Below, piece after piece: positions 28,848 to 38,051 of a stretch of DNA of 64,000 bases; the stretch's first letter is position 1; each line of letters opens with the position of its first letter. This stretch comes from a virus (lineage: Duplodnaviria; Caudoviricetes), in IMG/VR virus record IMGVR_UViG_3300025617_000018, positions 287 to 64,286 of that record; one strand, written 5' to 3'. Position numbers and translations under genes: made by a program. The notes beneath the pieces are model-generated. The model searched no databases. It had not been told where the DNA came from and saw nothing but the letters and a program-made list of their open reading frames with translations.

Positions 28848-31800
28848 TATTCTATCCTATATATACCTATTACTCGTTCTGTTGTTGGCCATGGATTAGA
28901 TGGATTTGGTGGTCTTGAGGTTGTAGCCGCAACTGTGTTTCCTGACACTGCTAGTCTTCCACTCCATCCGTTGTAACCTGCACTTGAATCGTATCTAGTA
29001 TTTACAAGTGTCCATACATTGTCTACAAGTTTGTAAAAATATGTGTATCCACCTACAGGACTTGGACTATGTTGACTTGTTCCTCCTGACGAATATGTAT
29101 CTCCAGTTGCAAAGAAATCATTGTTGCCTGCTATGGACATTCCAAAAGTTTGATATCCTGGCCTAATATTTGGATTCTCAATGGTGCTGTGATATGTTAG
29201 TCCTGTGCCTGATTCCCACTTATACATATATATCTTATGCTGATCAAATCCAGCTGGAACAGCAAACCATTGTAGATCATTGTTGCCCCAAGTGGTTGCA
29301 CCGTTGTATATATTGTACCATCTATTAAATGCAAAATCACCTGTTGTTGATGTTACGTCAGTGTCGCATATATGACCAAACTTGGTACTGTCATAACCCA
29401 AAGGAGCTAAACTACTAAGTTCTAAGAAAAAGCCCCATGTGTTAGTTCCTGTTCTTTGATAAACATAGACTTTGCCATTGTTCGAATTAGTTATGCCTTC
29501 GCCTGTGATATTTGAAACTATTAACCAATCATTGTTTACTGTAACGGCTCCACCGAAGAATGCATCGGCAGTATTAGCAGGACTAGTCACTTCTGTAATA
29601 TAAGTCCAGTTATTTGGTGTAGCTCCTCGTCTGTACAAATATACAGCGCCTGCATTTAATTGTCCTGATACTGTTGCAGTATGATCACTAACTGCTAACC
29701 ACTCTCCGTCGTAGCTCAATCTATATCCGAATCTTGTTCCTTTATTTGTAGTCGCAACGTTGGTAAGTGTAACAGTGCTTGCAACATCAAATTCTTCAGT
29801 GATAAAATCAAACACAGTTGATTTTACAGTTGCTACATTGTTGTCTACTTGATTGTAAACTAATAAGTCTGAAGAAGTAGTCATAGCAGAACTTTGAGCA
29901 ATACTAAGATTGTAGTCTCTCCAATGCTGCCAAACAGCTTCGTCGCGTCTAAACACACTTAAATACTGACTGTTCTTTTTAAATGCAAAATCTCCATTCA
30001 TTGCAATCAACGAGTAATCATACTGTGCATTGTAAGTTGTGTTAGAAGAACTCAGTGTTCCAACATAGTCTAAATCTTCAAATACATCTTCTGCATTGTC
30101 GGGGAAGTTTCTATTAGGACCGTATACTACTCTTACACAACCGTTGTTAGGTATTACTTGTGTGATATTACTTGGAGAACTTGTTGTACTTCCGTCGTAG
30201 TATTCGCCAGAGAAATAGTTGTTAGCATCTTGCGGGTTTTGAAGGATGGTACCTTCTCCTTCATAGATTACACCTGCACCGCCTCCGTACTTTCCAGGGA
30301 AAATACCTACTGGATCAGTGCCTCCATACACACTTCTTTCTCCTGGCGCATTTGCAGGCGTTTCTACTTTGTCTTTGATACCAGTTGCGCCTATGCCGCC
30401 ACCACCGGTATTAGTATATACATCTATGGTTTTACCGCCACTGCTAGGAGTGCCTGTGAAAAGTGCAGGGTTTGCATTAGGTGCAGCGGTATGATGAACT
30501 CCGTCGTGAGTGTAACTTGCTGCGCCACCGCCTGGTATGTAATATCTTGGAGATAAGTTACCACCATGAGCTGGAAACTCTTGTGTAGCACCATTCCCGC
30601 CGCGGTAGACAACATCGCCTATGCCACCTCCTCCTCGATTAAGGTCACCGCCATAACCACCTAATGCGTTATAATCAGTTGTATCAACAGCTCTTGTACT
30701 TGTCTTACTACCGTTGCCTCCGCCGTATGCTTGTACAAGTGTTGTTAAGTCACTGTCGCGAACAAATATAGAGTCTCCAAATCCGTTGCTATTAACTGTA
30801 ACAGTAAATGTATCTCCGGGCGATACAGAAATATTATTTGTATACGCAAGGGCACCACCGCCTCCTCCTGAAGCAAAGTATTGTCCAAAGCCGGCTGCCC
30901 CGCCACTACCTATACCAACAACACTGATGTTGTTTACACCGTCTGGAACAGTGAATACACCGTCTGCTTCAAATAAATCTTGACCTACAGGAACTATCGG
31001 TGTTATAGTAATATCTTGATAATCTTTGTAACCTGTGTTTGTTTCAACAACTAATCTAATAATATGATTGGCTGTGTCGTTATCAAATGGTAGATCGACG
31101 TCAATGTCTAAACCATTAACGGTGATGTCATTGTTTGTGATTCTACTAGTTAGTGGTTCTGCGGTAAGTGTAACAGTTGCACTTGCTGGATTGTCTACTG
31201 TAACAGTGAATGAAAGAGTTTGTCCTTGTGTTTCGCTGTATGTATCAGTGCTTGTAATACTAATACCTTGGTCAGTTGTGTTAGTGCTCGGATACGCTCT
31301 TGATGGACCCCACAGTACTCTTACTGCGCCAGTAGCACCATTGCCACCTCTTGCTCCGCCGTAGCCGCTGCCACCTCCTCCTCCTCCAGGGAAGCCTCCG
31401 TTCCCTCCAGTACCGCTTGTAACACTTTGTCCATTTGTTGCTGATGTTAATCTCGATCCGCCTGTACCACCTGCGCCTGCAGTATATGTAAATGTTCCGT
31501 CAGCGCCTTGTCCGTAAATGGCGGTGCCACCGCCACCGCCACCTCCGCGAGATGTGCCGCCACCGTATCCACCGGCACCGCCACCTCCAGAACCATTACT
31601 TGCCGGATACGTTCCGCTGTTTGTTCCGCCAGTACCGCCGTTGCCAGCATAACCAGCAGCGCCACCACCACCTATTGACGAGTATGGGTTTGAGCCACCA
31701 ACTGCACCAGAGCCTAGGTCGGTTGAACCATCTCTTGATCCGCCGCCACTGTGTCTTATATCACCTACACCGTTACTAGCACTACCACCTCGTCCTTGTT

Positions 31801-34135
31801 GAGGATATGCAGGCAAGCCGTATCCGCCTTGTTCTCCGCCTGCTGCTAATAATAAAGGTGTAGCTCCTCGGTAAATCCCGCTAGGATTTCCGCTGTCACC
31901 CATTGTTTCATGGTAGCCAATATTTTGTGTAATACGAGGTCCGCCACCACCGCCTGCTCCTACTGTAACAGTTAGTATTTCACCTGGAGTTACTGATCTA
32001 TTAATAATATAAGACAAAGCTCCGCCACCACCACCGTCGCCCATGCTATCAACGTTTGTTCCGGAGTAATCGTAAACACCGGCACCTCCGCCACCGCCGC
32101 CAACGGCAACAGCACTCATAGTGTATACGCCTTCCGGAACAGTCAGCGAATATGTACCTGATGAGGTAAACTCTTGTTGTCCTGTAGGAACAATCGGTGT
32201 AAATGTAGCAATCTGTCCTACAAGTGCTCCATTAGTTGCTTCTGCAACTACAATAACTTGATATTCTTCGTCAGACGAGTCTTCAACGCCTGTAACTGTA
32301 AGTTCACCTGTTGATTCGTCGATGCTGATATTATCACTGGTTATTCTACCAGTATACGGAAATGCACTATAACTTACACTAAATCCATCAGGATGAACGG
32401 CATTGGTTTGAAATACTTTGACTTCACCTGGACGTATTGTTTCGCTGATAACAGGAGTAGTAAATACCGCTGACGTATCTCTATCTGCTGTAGCAGTTCC
32501 AGGATATGCTCTTCCAGGTCCGAAAATAATACGAACAGCACCATGACGACCAGACTGTAAAAACAGTCCGCTATTAGTGCTTACAGTACCTGCTCTATTA
32601 GTAATGCCGCCGCCAGCACCATATGCTCCGCCCCATAATCCTCTGTTGTTAGTTGTAAATATTCCACTAGACGGTATTGTGCCACCTAGGTAGCCATCTT
32701 CGCCGCCCGCGCCGCCTGCTTGGAAGTAAACAGGTACATTGTTACTATTAAGCCTTGTAGTAGTGAAACTTTGTCCTTCTAAGCCGTATATTCCTATACC
32801 GCCTGGACCTCTCATCCTATCAAGAGGAGTAGCATTTTCTAGCTGAGCAGTTGTTCCTGGACTTGGTAGATAATCTGAACCTCGAATGAGTGGGTCAAAA
32901 CCATCATTTCCGAAACTTCCGTCTTCACTGCCCCAACCGTCGCCGTCATACCCAGCTGGTGCACCACCGCCTGCTGCTGCTTCGTCTGGCACACGGAAGT
33001 TTATCATGTAGTCTGACCAACCGTTACCGCCACTCCAACATACTTCACCTACACCTTGGCTTGCTCTACCACCTATGCCGCCTGCATCAACAAAGTCTTG
33101 CGATGCATCTGCACCACTTTCTGCATACAACAGCTTAGTACCGTCTCGATATATTCCGTATCCTGTTGTATTATTGATTATGTCTAATGTTTCTCCTGGG
33201 GTAACACTTATGCTAGAACTGTATGATAATGCCGCGCCGCCACCGCTTTTTACAATGTTATCGCTCGAAAAACCTTGAACTCGAATATATGCACCACCGC
33301 CTGATCCAACAGCAACCGCTGATATTTCCGTAACACCCTGAGGGACAGTCCATGTAGTAGTAGTGTGTCCAAATATTTCTTGTCCTGTTGGAACATCCGC
33401 AACTACAGTAAAGTTAATAACTGCTGAAGGAGATGCAGAATATTGCGCTGCTTCTACTGTAACAGTAAATGGATCACTAACGTTTACTGTAACTAATAAT
33501 GCATCATTTTCTGGGCTAATCTCACACTGCCCTGCATCTATCCCAGAAGTAGAAACAATATTCCATGTTACACTGTCATTCAAATCTATATCAGTGAATG
33601 ATAAAGGAACTCTGTAAGCAACACTAGGATTGTATACCGGATATTGTGTAGGTATAGTATCTATTGTAGGGGCTGTATTAATAGTAGTTACTGTCATGAA
33701 CTTAGAGTCTTGTTCTATACCGTCATCTGCTGTGATTTCTATAATAAAAGACTCTGGAGTTAAACCTGGAATAATAACAAGATTTCCTTGTGTATCTATT
33801 TCTACAATAGTATCAACGTCTGTTGGAGGAGTAGAAATAGACACAGAATATGTAAGTCTTAAACCGTCTGGATCTGATGCAACTGTATCTAAATCTAAAG
33901 TATATTCCGCTGCTACAGGAATGCTTATCGATGCAGGCAGTGCTGTTAGTGTTGGTGGCAAGTTAGTAGTATCGATTGACTGCCATGCTCCGTCATAAAC
34001 ATAAAGTTTCTGCGACGAAGCAACCCAAGCTAATCTACCTACAGTAACGTTTGTAAGAGGTAGTTCATCATAGGTTGCATAGTTTGCAATACCAGGTAAA
34101 CTAGCTCTTCGTGTAAGACTATATTTCTGCGCCAT
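28847..34135 (-). CDS. Large adhesin-like tail protein with three glycine-rich domains and C-terminal FG-GAP repeats
   Basis: Three P(T/V)GQ..F..TVPxGV..SAVAVGxGG modules with poly-Gly, Ig-like spacers, FG-GAP C-terminus. Confidence 0.75.
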   Translation of the reverse strand: MAQKYSLTRRASLPGIANYATYDELPLTNVTVGRLAWVASSQKLYVYDGAWQSIDTTNLPPTLTALPASISIPVAAEYTLDLDTVASDPDGLRLTYSVSISTPPTDVDTIVEIDTQGNLVIIPGLTPESFIIEITADDGIEQDSKFMTVTTINTAPTIDTIPTQYPVYNPSVAYRVPLSFTDIDLNDSVTWNIVSTSGIDAGQCEISPENDALLVTVNVSDPFTVTVEAAQYSASPSAVINFTVVADVPTGQEIFGHTTTTWTVPQGVTEISAVAVGSGGGAYIRVQGFSSDNIVKSGGGAALSYSSSISVTPGETLDIINNTTGYGIYRDGTKLLYAESGADASQDFVDAGGIGGRASQGVGEVCWSGGNGWSDYMINFRVPDEAAAGGGAPAGYDGDGWGSEDGSFGNDGFDPLIRGSDYLPSPGTTAQLENATPLDRMRGPGGIGIYGLEGQSFTTTRLNSNNVPVYFQAGGAGGEDGYLGGTIPSSGIFTTNNRGLWGGAYGAGGGITNRAGTVSTNSGLFLQSGRHGAVRIIFGPGRAYPGTATADRDTSAVFTTPVISETIRPGEVKVFQTNAVHPDGFSVSYSAFPYTGRITSDNISIDESTGELTVTGVEDSSDEEYQVIVVAEATNGALVGQIATFTPIVPTGQQEFTSSGTYSLTVPEGVYTMSAVAVGGGGGGAGVYDYSGTNVDSMGDGGGGGALSYIINRSVTPGEILTVTVGAGGGGGPRITQNIGYHETMGDSGNPSGIYRGATPLLLAAGGEQGGYGLPAYPQQGRGGSASNGVGDIRHSGGGSRDGSTDLGSGAVGGSNPYSSIGGGGAAGYAGNGGTGGTNSGTYPASNGSGGGGAGGYGGGTSRGGGGGGGTAIYGQGADGTFTYTAGAGGTGGSRLTSATNGQSVTSGTGGNGGFPGGGGGGSGYGGARGGNGATGAVRVLWGPSRAYPSTNTTDQGISITSTDTYSETQGQTLSFTVTVDNPASATVTLTAEPLTSRITNNDITVNGLDIDVDLPFDNDTANHIIRLVVETNTGYKDYQDITITPIVPVGQDLFEADGVFTVPDGVNNISVVGIGSGGAAGFGQYFASGGGGGALAYTNNISVSPGDTFTVTVNSNGFGDSIFVRDSDLTTLVQAYGGGNGSKTSTRAVDTTDYNALGGYGGDLNRGGGGIGDVVYRGGNGATQEFPAHGGNLSPRYYIPGGGAASYTHDGVHHTAAPNANPALFTGTPSSGGKTIDVYTNTGGGGIGATGIKDKVETPANAPGERSVYGGTDPVGIFPGKYGGGAGVIYEGEGTILQNPQDANNYFSGEYYDGSTTSSPSNITQVIPNNGCVRVVYGPNRNFPDNAEDVFEDLDYVGTLSSSNTTYNAQYDYSLIAMNGDFAFKKNSQYLSVFRRDEAVWQHWRDYNLSIAQSSAMTTSSDLLVYNQVDNNVATVKSTVFDFITEEFDVASTVTLTNVATTNKGTRFGYRLSYDGEWLAVSDHTATVSGQLNAGAVYLYRRGATPNNWTYITEVTSPANTADAFFGGAVTVNNDWLIVSNITGEGITNSNNGKVYVYQRTGTNTWGFFLELSSLAPLGYDSTKFGHICDTDVTSTTGDFAFNRWYNIYNGATTWGNNDLQWFAVPAGFDQHKIYMYKWESGTGLTYHSTIENPNIRPGYQTFGMSIAGNNDFFATGDTYSSGGTSQHSPSPVGGYTYFYKLVDNVWTLVNTRYDSSAGYNGWSGRLAVSGNTVAATTSRPPNPSNPWPTTERVIGIYRIE

Positions 34136-34141
34136 ATACTA

Positions 34142-37100
34142 TTAGTTATCTCTAAATAGCCAACCGTTGATAAAGTTGTAATATACAAGTGTAAATGCAG
34201 CTCTATCTGAATCGATCAACAAGTCTTGTGAAACGCCTTGTATTCTTTGAGCATTTCTACCTATTGTAATATTATTTGTTGATGCTGTTCCTGCTGCATC
34301 AATAATAGTTATTTGATCACCAATACTAGGACTTGCTGGTAGCGTTAATGTGATTGCGCCATTTGTAGTATTAGCAAAGTACTGTCCGCCTGACACAAGT
34401 GTAGTATTACCAGTTACTTCTACGAACGGCGGCGAACCAGCAGTAGCGTTGGTCCATTCGCCTAAACCTGAGTTGTATACTAAACTTTGTCCGTTTAAAG
34501 GAGTAGTTACTTGAACGTCTAGCAAGTTATCAAGACTAGCAACACCTTGACTTAGCACAAGAATGTTGCCTCGCATGTTTGCTCCATGATTTTGACATTG
34601 GTATACAAGATTACTAGGTGCATCCATGGGCACTACCCATTCAGTTACTCCGTCAGTGGTGCTTGCTCCATCCGTGTACGCTACTCCGTCATACTCTTCT
34701 CTAATCACAAAAGGATGCGCAAGATAATTCACACTGTTGTCAAACACATACTTCATGCCACGAACAAGAATCAAATCTGGATCGTTTGTAGCAGTTGGAA
34801 ATCCTGGACCTGTAAAAATATAATTTGATGTACCGTCAACGCCAAGTGTAAACTCAATAACTGGTTCAGATGAAATATTCAAATCGTCATTGAAGTCACT
34901 GAGATTTTCTGGAGTATTTGTAAGATTCGTATAGTTAAGATAATATGAACCTTGTTGCCCGTCTAATGTATCTGCATCTATATTCAATCCGTCGACATAT
35001 GTTTTGTCAACTACATTTTGTACTTTAGCATCTGTGTAATAAAGATTAGTAGTACCTTCTGTTAAATCATCACTGTCAAAGTTTGAAAGAGTTGATACTG
35101 TACCAGTTATGTTACCTACAATATTTGCAGCTAAACTTTGTCCTTGTGTGCTCCAGCGATTATTTGTTTCGTCCCAAATAAACTGCACATTAACATCGTC
35201 GCCACGTTCAATTTCGATACCAGCATTTTGTGTTGCAGAACCTGTAGCATTAGAGTTTAGTACAATAATATTATCTGCTAGATTAATAGTTTCTGTGTTA
35301 ACTGTGGTAGTTGTGCCATTTACAGTTAAATTACCGTCTACACGTACATCGTTGAATCTAACATCGCTCGCAATTCCTACAGCCTGTCCAATAGCAATCT
35401 GTCCGTCAGTGATAGTAACACCTGTACCTGCTGTAACAGGATCAGGACCAACATACGAGAATACGCCAGTTAGTGGACTGTAACTTAAACTTCCTGCACC
35501 TGAACTAGATACTGAAAACTCGGATCTAGCTCTTGCTTCAGTGTAGTAAAGATTAGTAGTACCTTCGCTTAAATCGTCTGTTGACTTATTACCAAACTCT
35601 GTGTTAAACTGAGAAGTACTAAATCCTTCGCCTGGAATCCATTTATCATTATCTGCATCATATAATAATGTTTCGCCATCTGCGGGTGCATCTGTGGTTA
35701 AATCAACATCTCGCAAATCACCTAAGTCAGTTCTAACAATCCTATCATCAACTCTAGCATCTGTGTAGTAGAGATTTACCAGTCCTTCTGTTAGTGCGTC
35801 TGTTGTAAGATTATTAAGATTAGCAACCTGTCCATTTACATTACCAGTGAATACAGCATTAGTGCCGTCTGTGCCATTTTCTAATACTTTAGTTCCGTCT
35901 GCGGCAAGTATATCACCTATAACATTCCCTGACATCTGTCCAGTAACTGAACCTATAGTAACGCCGTTTGCTGTTACACTGTTAGCAGTTAAAGCATCAA
36001 ATGTACTTGTACCTGTGCTTGCTGTAACATTACCAATTAATCCACCAGTAAATGTAGCATCAGTTCCGTCTGTTCCGTTTTCTAATACTTTAGTGCCATC
36101 GGCAGCTAGTACATCGCCTTTTAAGTTACCGTCTGTGGTTCCTGCTGTTTGTCCAAGGATAACACCGTTAACATTAATGTTGTTAAATATACTAGTTCCT
36201 GAAGTAACTTCAACATTGCCATAGAAAATAGCATCTTCGTTTGTGCCTGTACCTGCGTCTACAACAGTAGTAGTGCCATCGGCAGCTAGTACATCACCTA
36301 TAACATTACCAGTTAAGTTACCTGTAACATTACCAGTTACATTTCCTGTTACATTTCCTGTTAGGTTACCAGTTACATCACCGTCTAAGTTACCCGTTAC
36401 ATCGCCGTCTACATCACCTATGAATGTTGCGGTTGTAGGATTTACTAATACGGTTATACCATCTGCTCTGTATACAGGACCAAATAGTCCACCTGTTACG
36501 TCACCTGTTAAATCGCCAACAAAGTCTGCTTCGACTTGATTGAAAGTAACGTTTTGATCTGTAGCAACATTCTGCCCAATACTAATAGTACCACTGCTTA
36601 CAGTAACACCAGTACCGCCTATGATTGTTGAATCAATGTTTGCAGTACTAAAATATTTGTTTGTTGTACCTTCAGTTAAATCATCTGATGTAAAGTTTGT
36701 AATATCGCTTACTTGTCCTGTAACATTACCAGTAACATTACCAGTAACATCGCCTGTAACATCACCTGTTACGTCACCTATTAGGCTACCGCGAAGTGTT
36801 CCATCGTTGCTGACAATAACAGAGGAATCTTGTCCTACTATGTTACCGTAGTAGATAGCATCTAAACCGTTTACACCATTCTCTAATATTGTTGCGCCGC
36901 CTTCTGCCTTGATATGTCCTTGCATATCTCCGTCATGTAAGCCAAAAGTTGTTCCAGTTACATTACCAGTTAAGTTACCAACAAAGCCTTGTGGTGCTTC
37001 TAGTTTTTTGTTTACTCTCCAAGCATCTGGAATAGCAAAATATTTTATTGTGGCGTCTGCACCGTCAACTAATAGACCTGCACCATTGGCGTCAAAGTTT

Positions 37101-37708
37101 GTCTCAGCTCCAGCTGCAACAGTGATAACCAAATCAGAAACTACAAGATTATCTGCTTCTTGTTGTGTTGTATTACCTAGTACAGTTAAGTTACCTGTAA
37201 CAGTTAAGTTACCGTCTGCTTCGATGTTAGCACTGGTAATATCGTTTGAGTTAAGAGTACCATTAACGGTTACGTTGTTAAATGCAACGTTGTCTGAAGG
37301 ACCAACCTGTTGTCCTACATCAATGACGCCGTCAATAATAGTAATACCAGTACCAGCTGCAAAAGAGTCTCTTGCACGTTGAGTAGTAAAATAAAGATTA
37401 GTTGAACCTTCTGTGAGTGTGTCAGTTGTATGATTTGATAAACTAGACACTGTACCTGTAATGTCACCTGTTACATCTACACTAAGTGCAGTAGTAGAAG
37501 AAGCGCCAAAGTCTGCAATAGTTTGCAGTGTAGGCGCAGCAAATGTTTTAGTGCCATCTGTGTTACTAAGAACCATTTCTCCGTTGGTTAACGGAACACC
37601 CATTGCTGGTTCTGCTTGATCCAACCCTAGATAATCATAACGGTCCGCGGTTAAATCACCGGGAGCTTTTCTTTTTACTCTTCCGCTGGTAAGTCTGCTA
37701 TTACTCAT
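34142..37708 (-). CDS. Long tail fibre-like protein
   Basis: GNVT/GDVT repeats, repeated TDxLTEGTTNLYYT motifs, C-terminal ITLTLPASPSIGD domain. Confidence 0.75.
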   Translation of the reverse strand: MSNSRLTSGRVKRKAPGDLTADRYDYLGLDQAEPAMGVPLTNGEMVLSNTDGTKTFAAPTLQTIADFGASSTTALSVDVTGDITGTVSSLSNHTTDTLTEGSTNLYFTTQRARDSFAAGTGITIIDGVIDVGQQVGPSDNVAFNNVTVNGTLNSNDITSANIEADGNLTVTGNLTVLGNTTQQEADNLVVSDLVITVAAGAETNFDANGAGLLVDGADATIKYFAIPDAWRVNKKLEAPQGFVGNLTGNVTGTTFGLHDGDMQGHIKAEGGATILENGVNGLDAIYYGNIVGQDSSVIVSNDGTLRGSLIGDVTGDVTGDVTGNVTGNVTGQVSDITNFTSDDLTEGTTNKYFSTANIDSTIIGGTGVTVSSGTISIGQNVATDQNVTFNQVEADFVGDLTGDVTGGLFGPVYRADGITVLVNPTTATFIGDVDGDVTGNLDGDVTGNLTGNVTGNVTGNVTGNLTGNVIGDVLAADGTTTVVDAGTGTNEDAIFYGNVEVTSGTSIFNNINVNGVILGQTAGTTDGNLKGDVLAADGTKVLENGTDGTDATFTGGLIGNVTASTGTSTFDALTANSVTANGVTIGSVTGQMSGNVIGDILAADGTKVLENGTDGTNAVFTGNVNGQVANLNNLTTDALTEGLVNLYYTDARVDDRIVRTDLGDLRDVDLTTDAPADGETLLYDADNDKWIPGEGFSTSQFNTEFGNKSTDDLSEGTTNLYYTEARARSEFSVSSSGAGSLSYSPLTGVFSYVGPDPVTAGTGVTITDGQIAIGQAVGIASDVRFNDVRVDGNLTVNGTTTTVNTETINLADNIIVLNSNATGSATQNAGIEIERGDDVNVQFIWDETNNRWSTQGQSLAANIVGNITGTVSTLSNFDSDDLTEGTTNLYYTDAKVQNVVDKTYVDGLNIDADTLDGQQGSYYLNYTNLTNTPENLSDFNDDLNISSEPVIEFTLGVDGTSNYIFTGPGFPTATNDPDLILVRGMKYVFDNSVNYLAHPFVIREEYDGVAYTDGASTTDGVTEWVVPMDAPSNLVYQCQNHGANMRGNILVLSQGVASLDNLLDVQVTTPLNGQSLVYNSGLGEWTNATAGSPPFVEVTGNTTLVSGGQYFANTTNGAITLTLPASPSIGDQITIIDAAGTASTNNITIGRNAQRIQGVSQDLLIDSDRAAFTLVYYNFINGWLFRDN

Positions 37709-38039
37709 TTGATGTTTCCAAAATGCTCAATGTTAACTTGCAAGATAAATTTGTTCCTGTAGATGCTACTAGAATAGAGTTTTCTTCTAACACTAACTTA
37801 CCGCTAACTAGGTTAACAGCATCATTTGGCGGTAAAGCAAACTCGTCTAATAGTTCTGTGTCTATACCACCGATTCTTGTTTTAAAAGTTACAGTAGTTT
37901 CAGATCCACTTACGTTTGCACACTGAGCACCTAGGACAACAGTAGACGCACCCGCAGGAACAGTATATACTTCTTGTTCAGAAGTTTCTAGTGTTTCTGT
38001 TATTGTTCTAAATCGATTGAGCGGTAACGGTTCTGCCAT
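37701..38039 (-). CDS. Small virion structural protein
   Basis: YTVPAG...AN...GKLVLE pattern common among tail genes. Confidence 0.6.
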   Translation of the reverse strand: MAEPLPLNRFRTITETLETSEQEVYTVPAGASTVVLGAQCANVSGSETTVTFKTRIGGIDTELLDEFALPPNDAVNLVSGKLVLEENSILVASTGTNLSCKLTLSILETSNE

Positions 38040-38051
38040 GTCTTTTTCCTT

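Noticed and set aside
35840-36800. Repeats in the tail fibre as a CRISPR array or DGR template/variable repeat
   Set aside because: They are in-frame degenerate coding repeats without unique spacers; no reverse transcriptase or cas genes in the window
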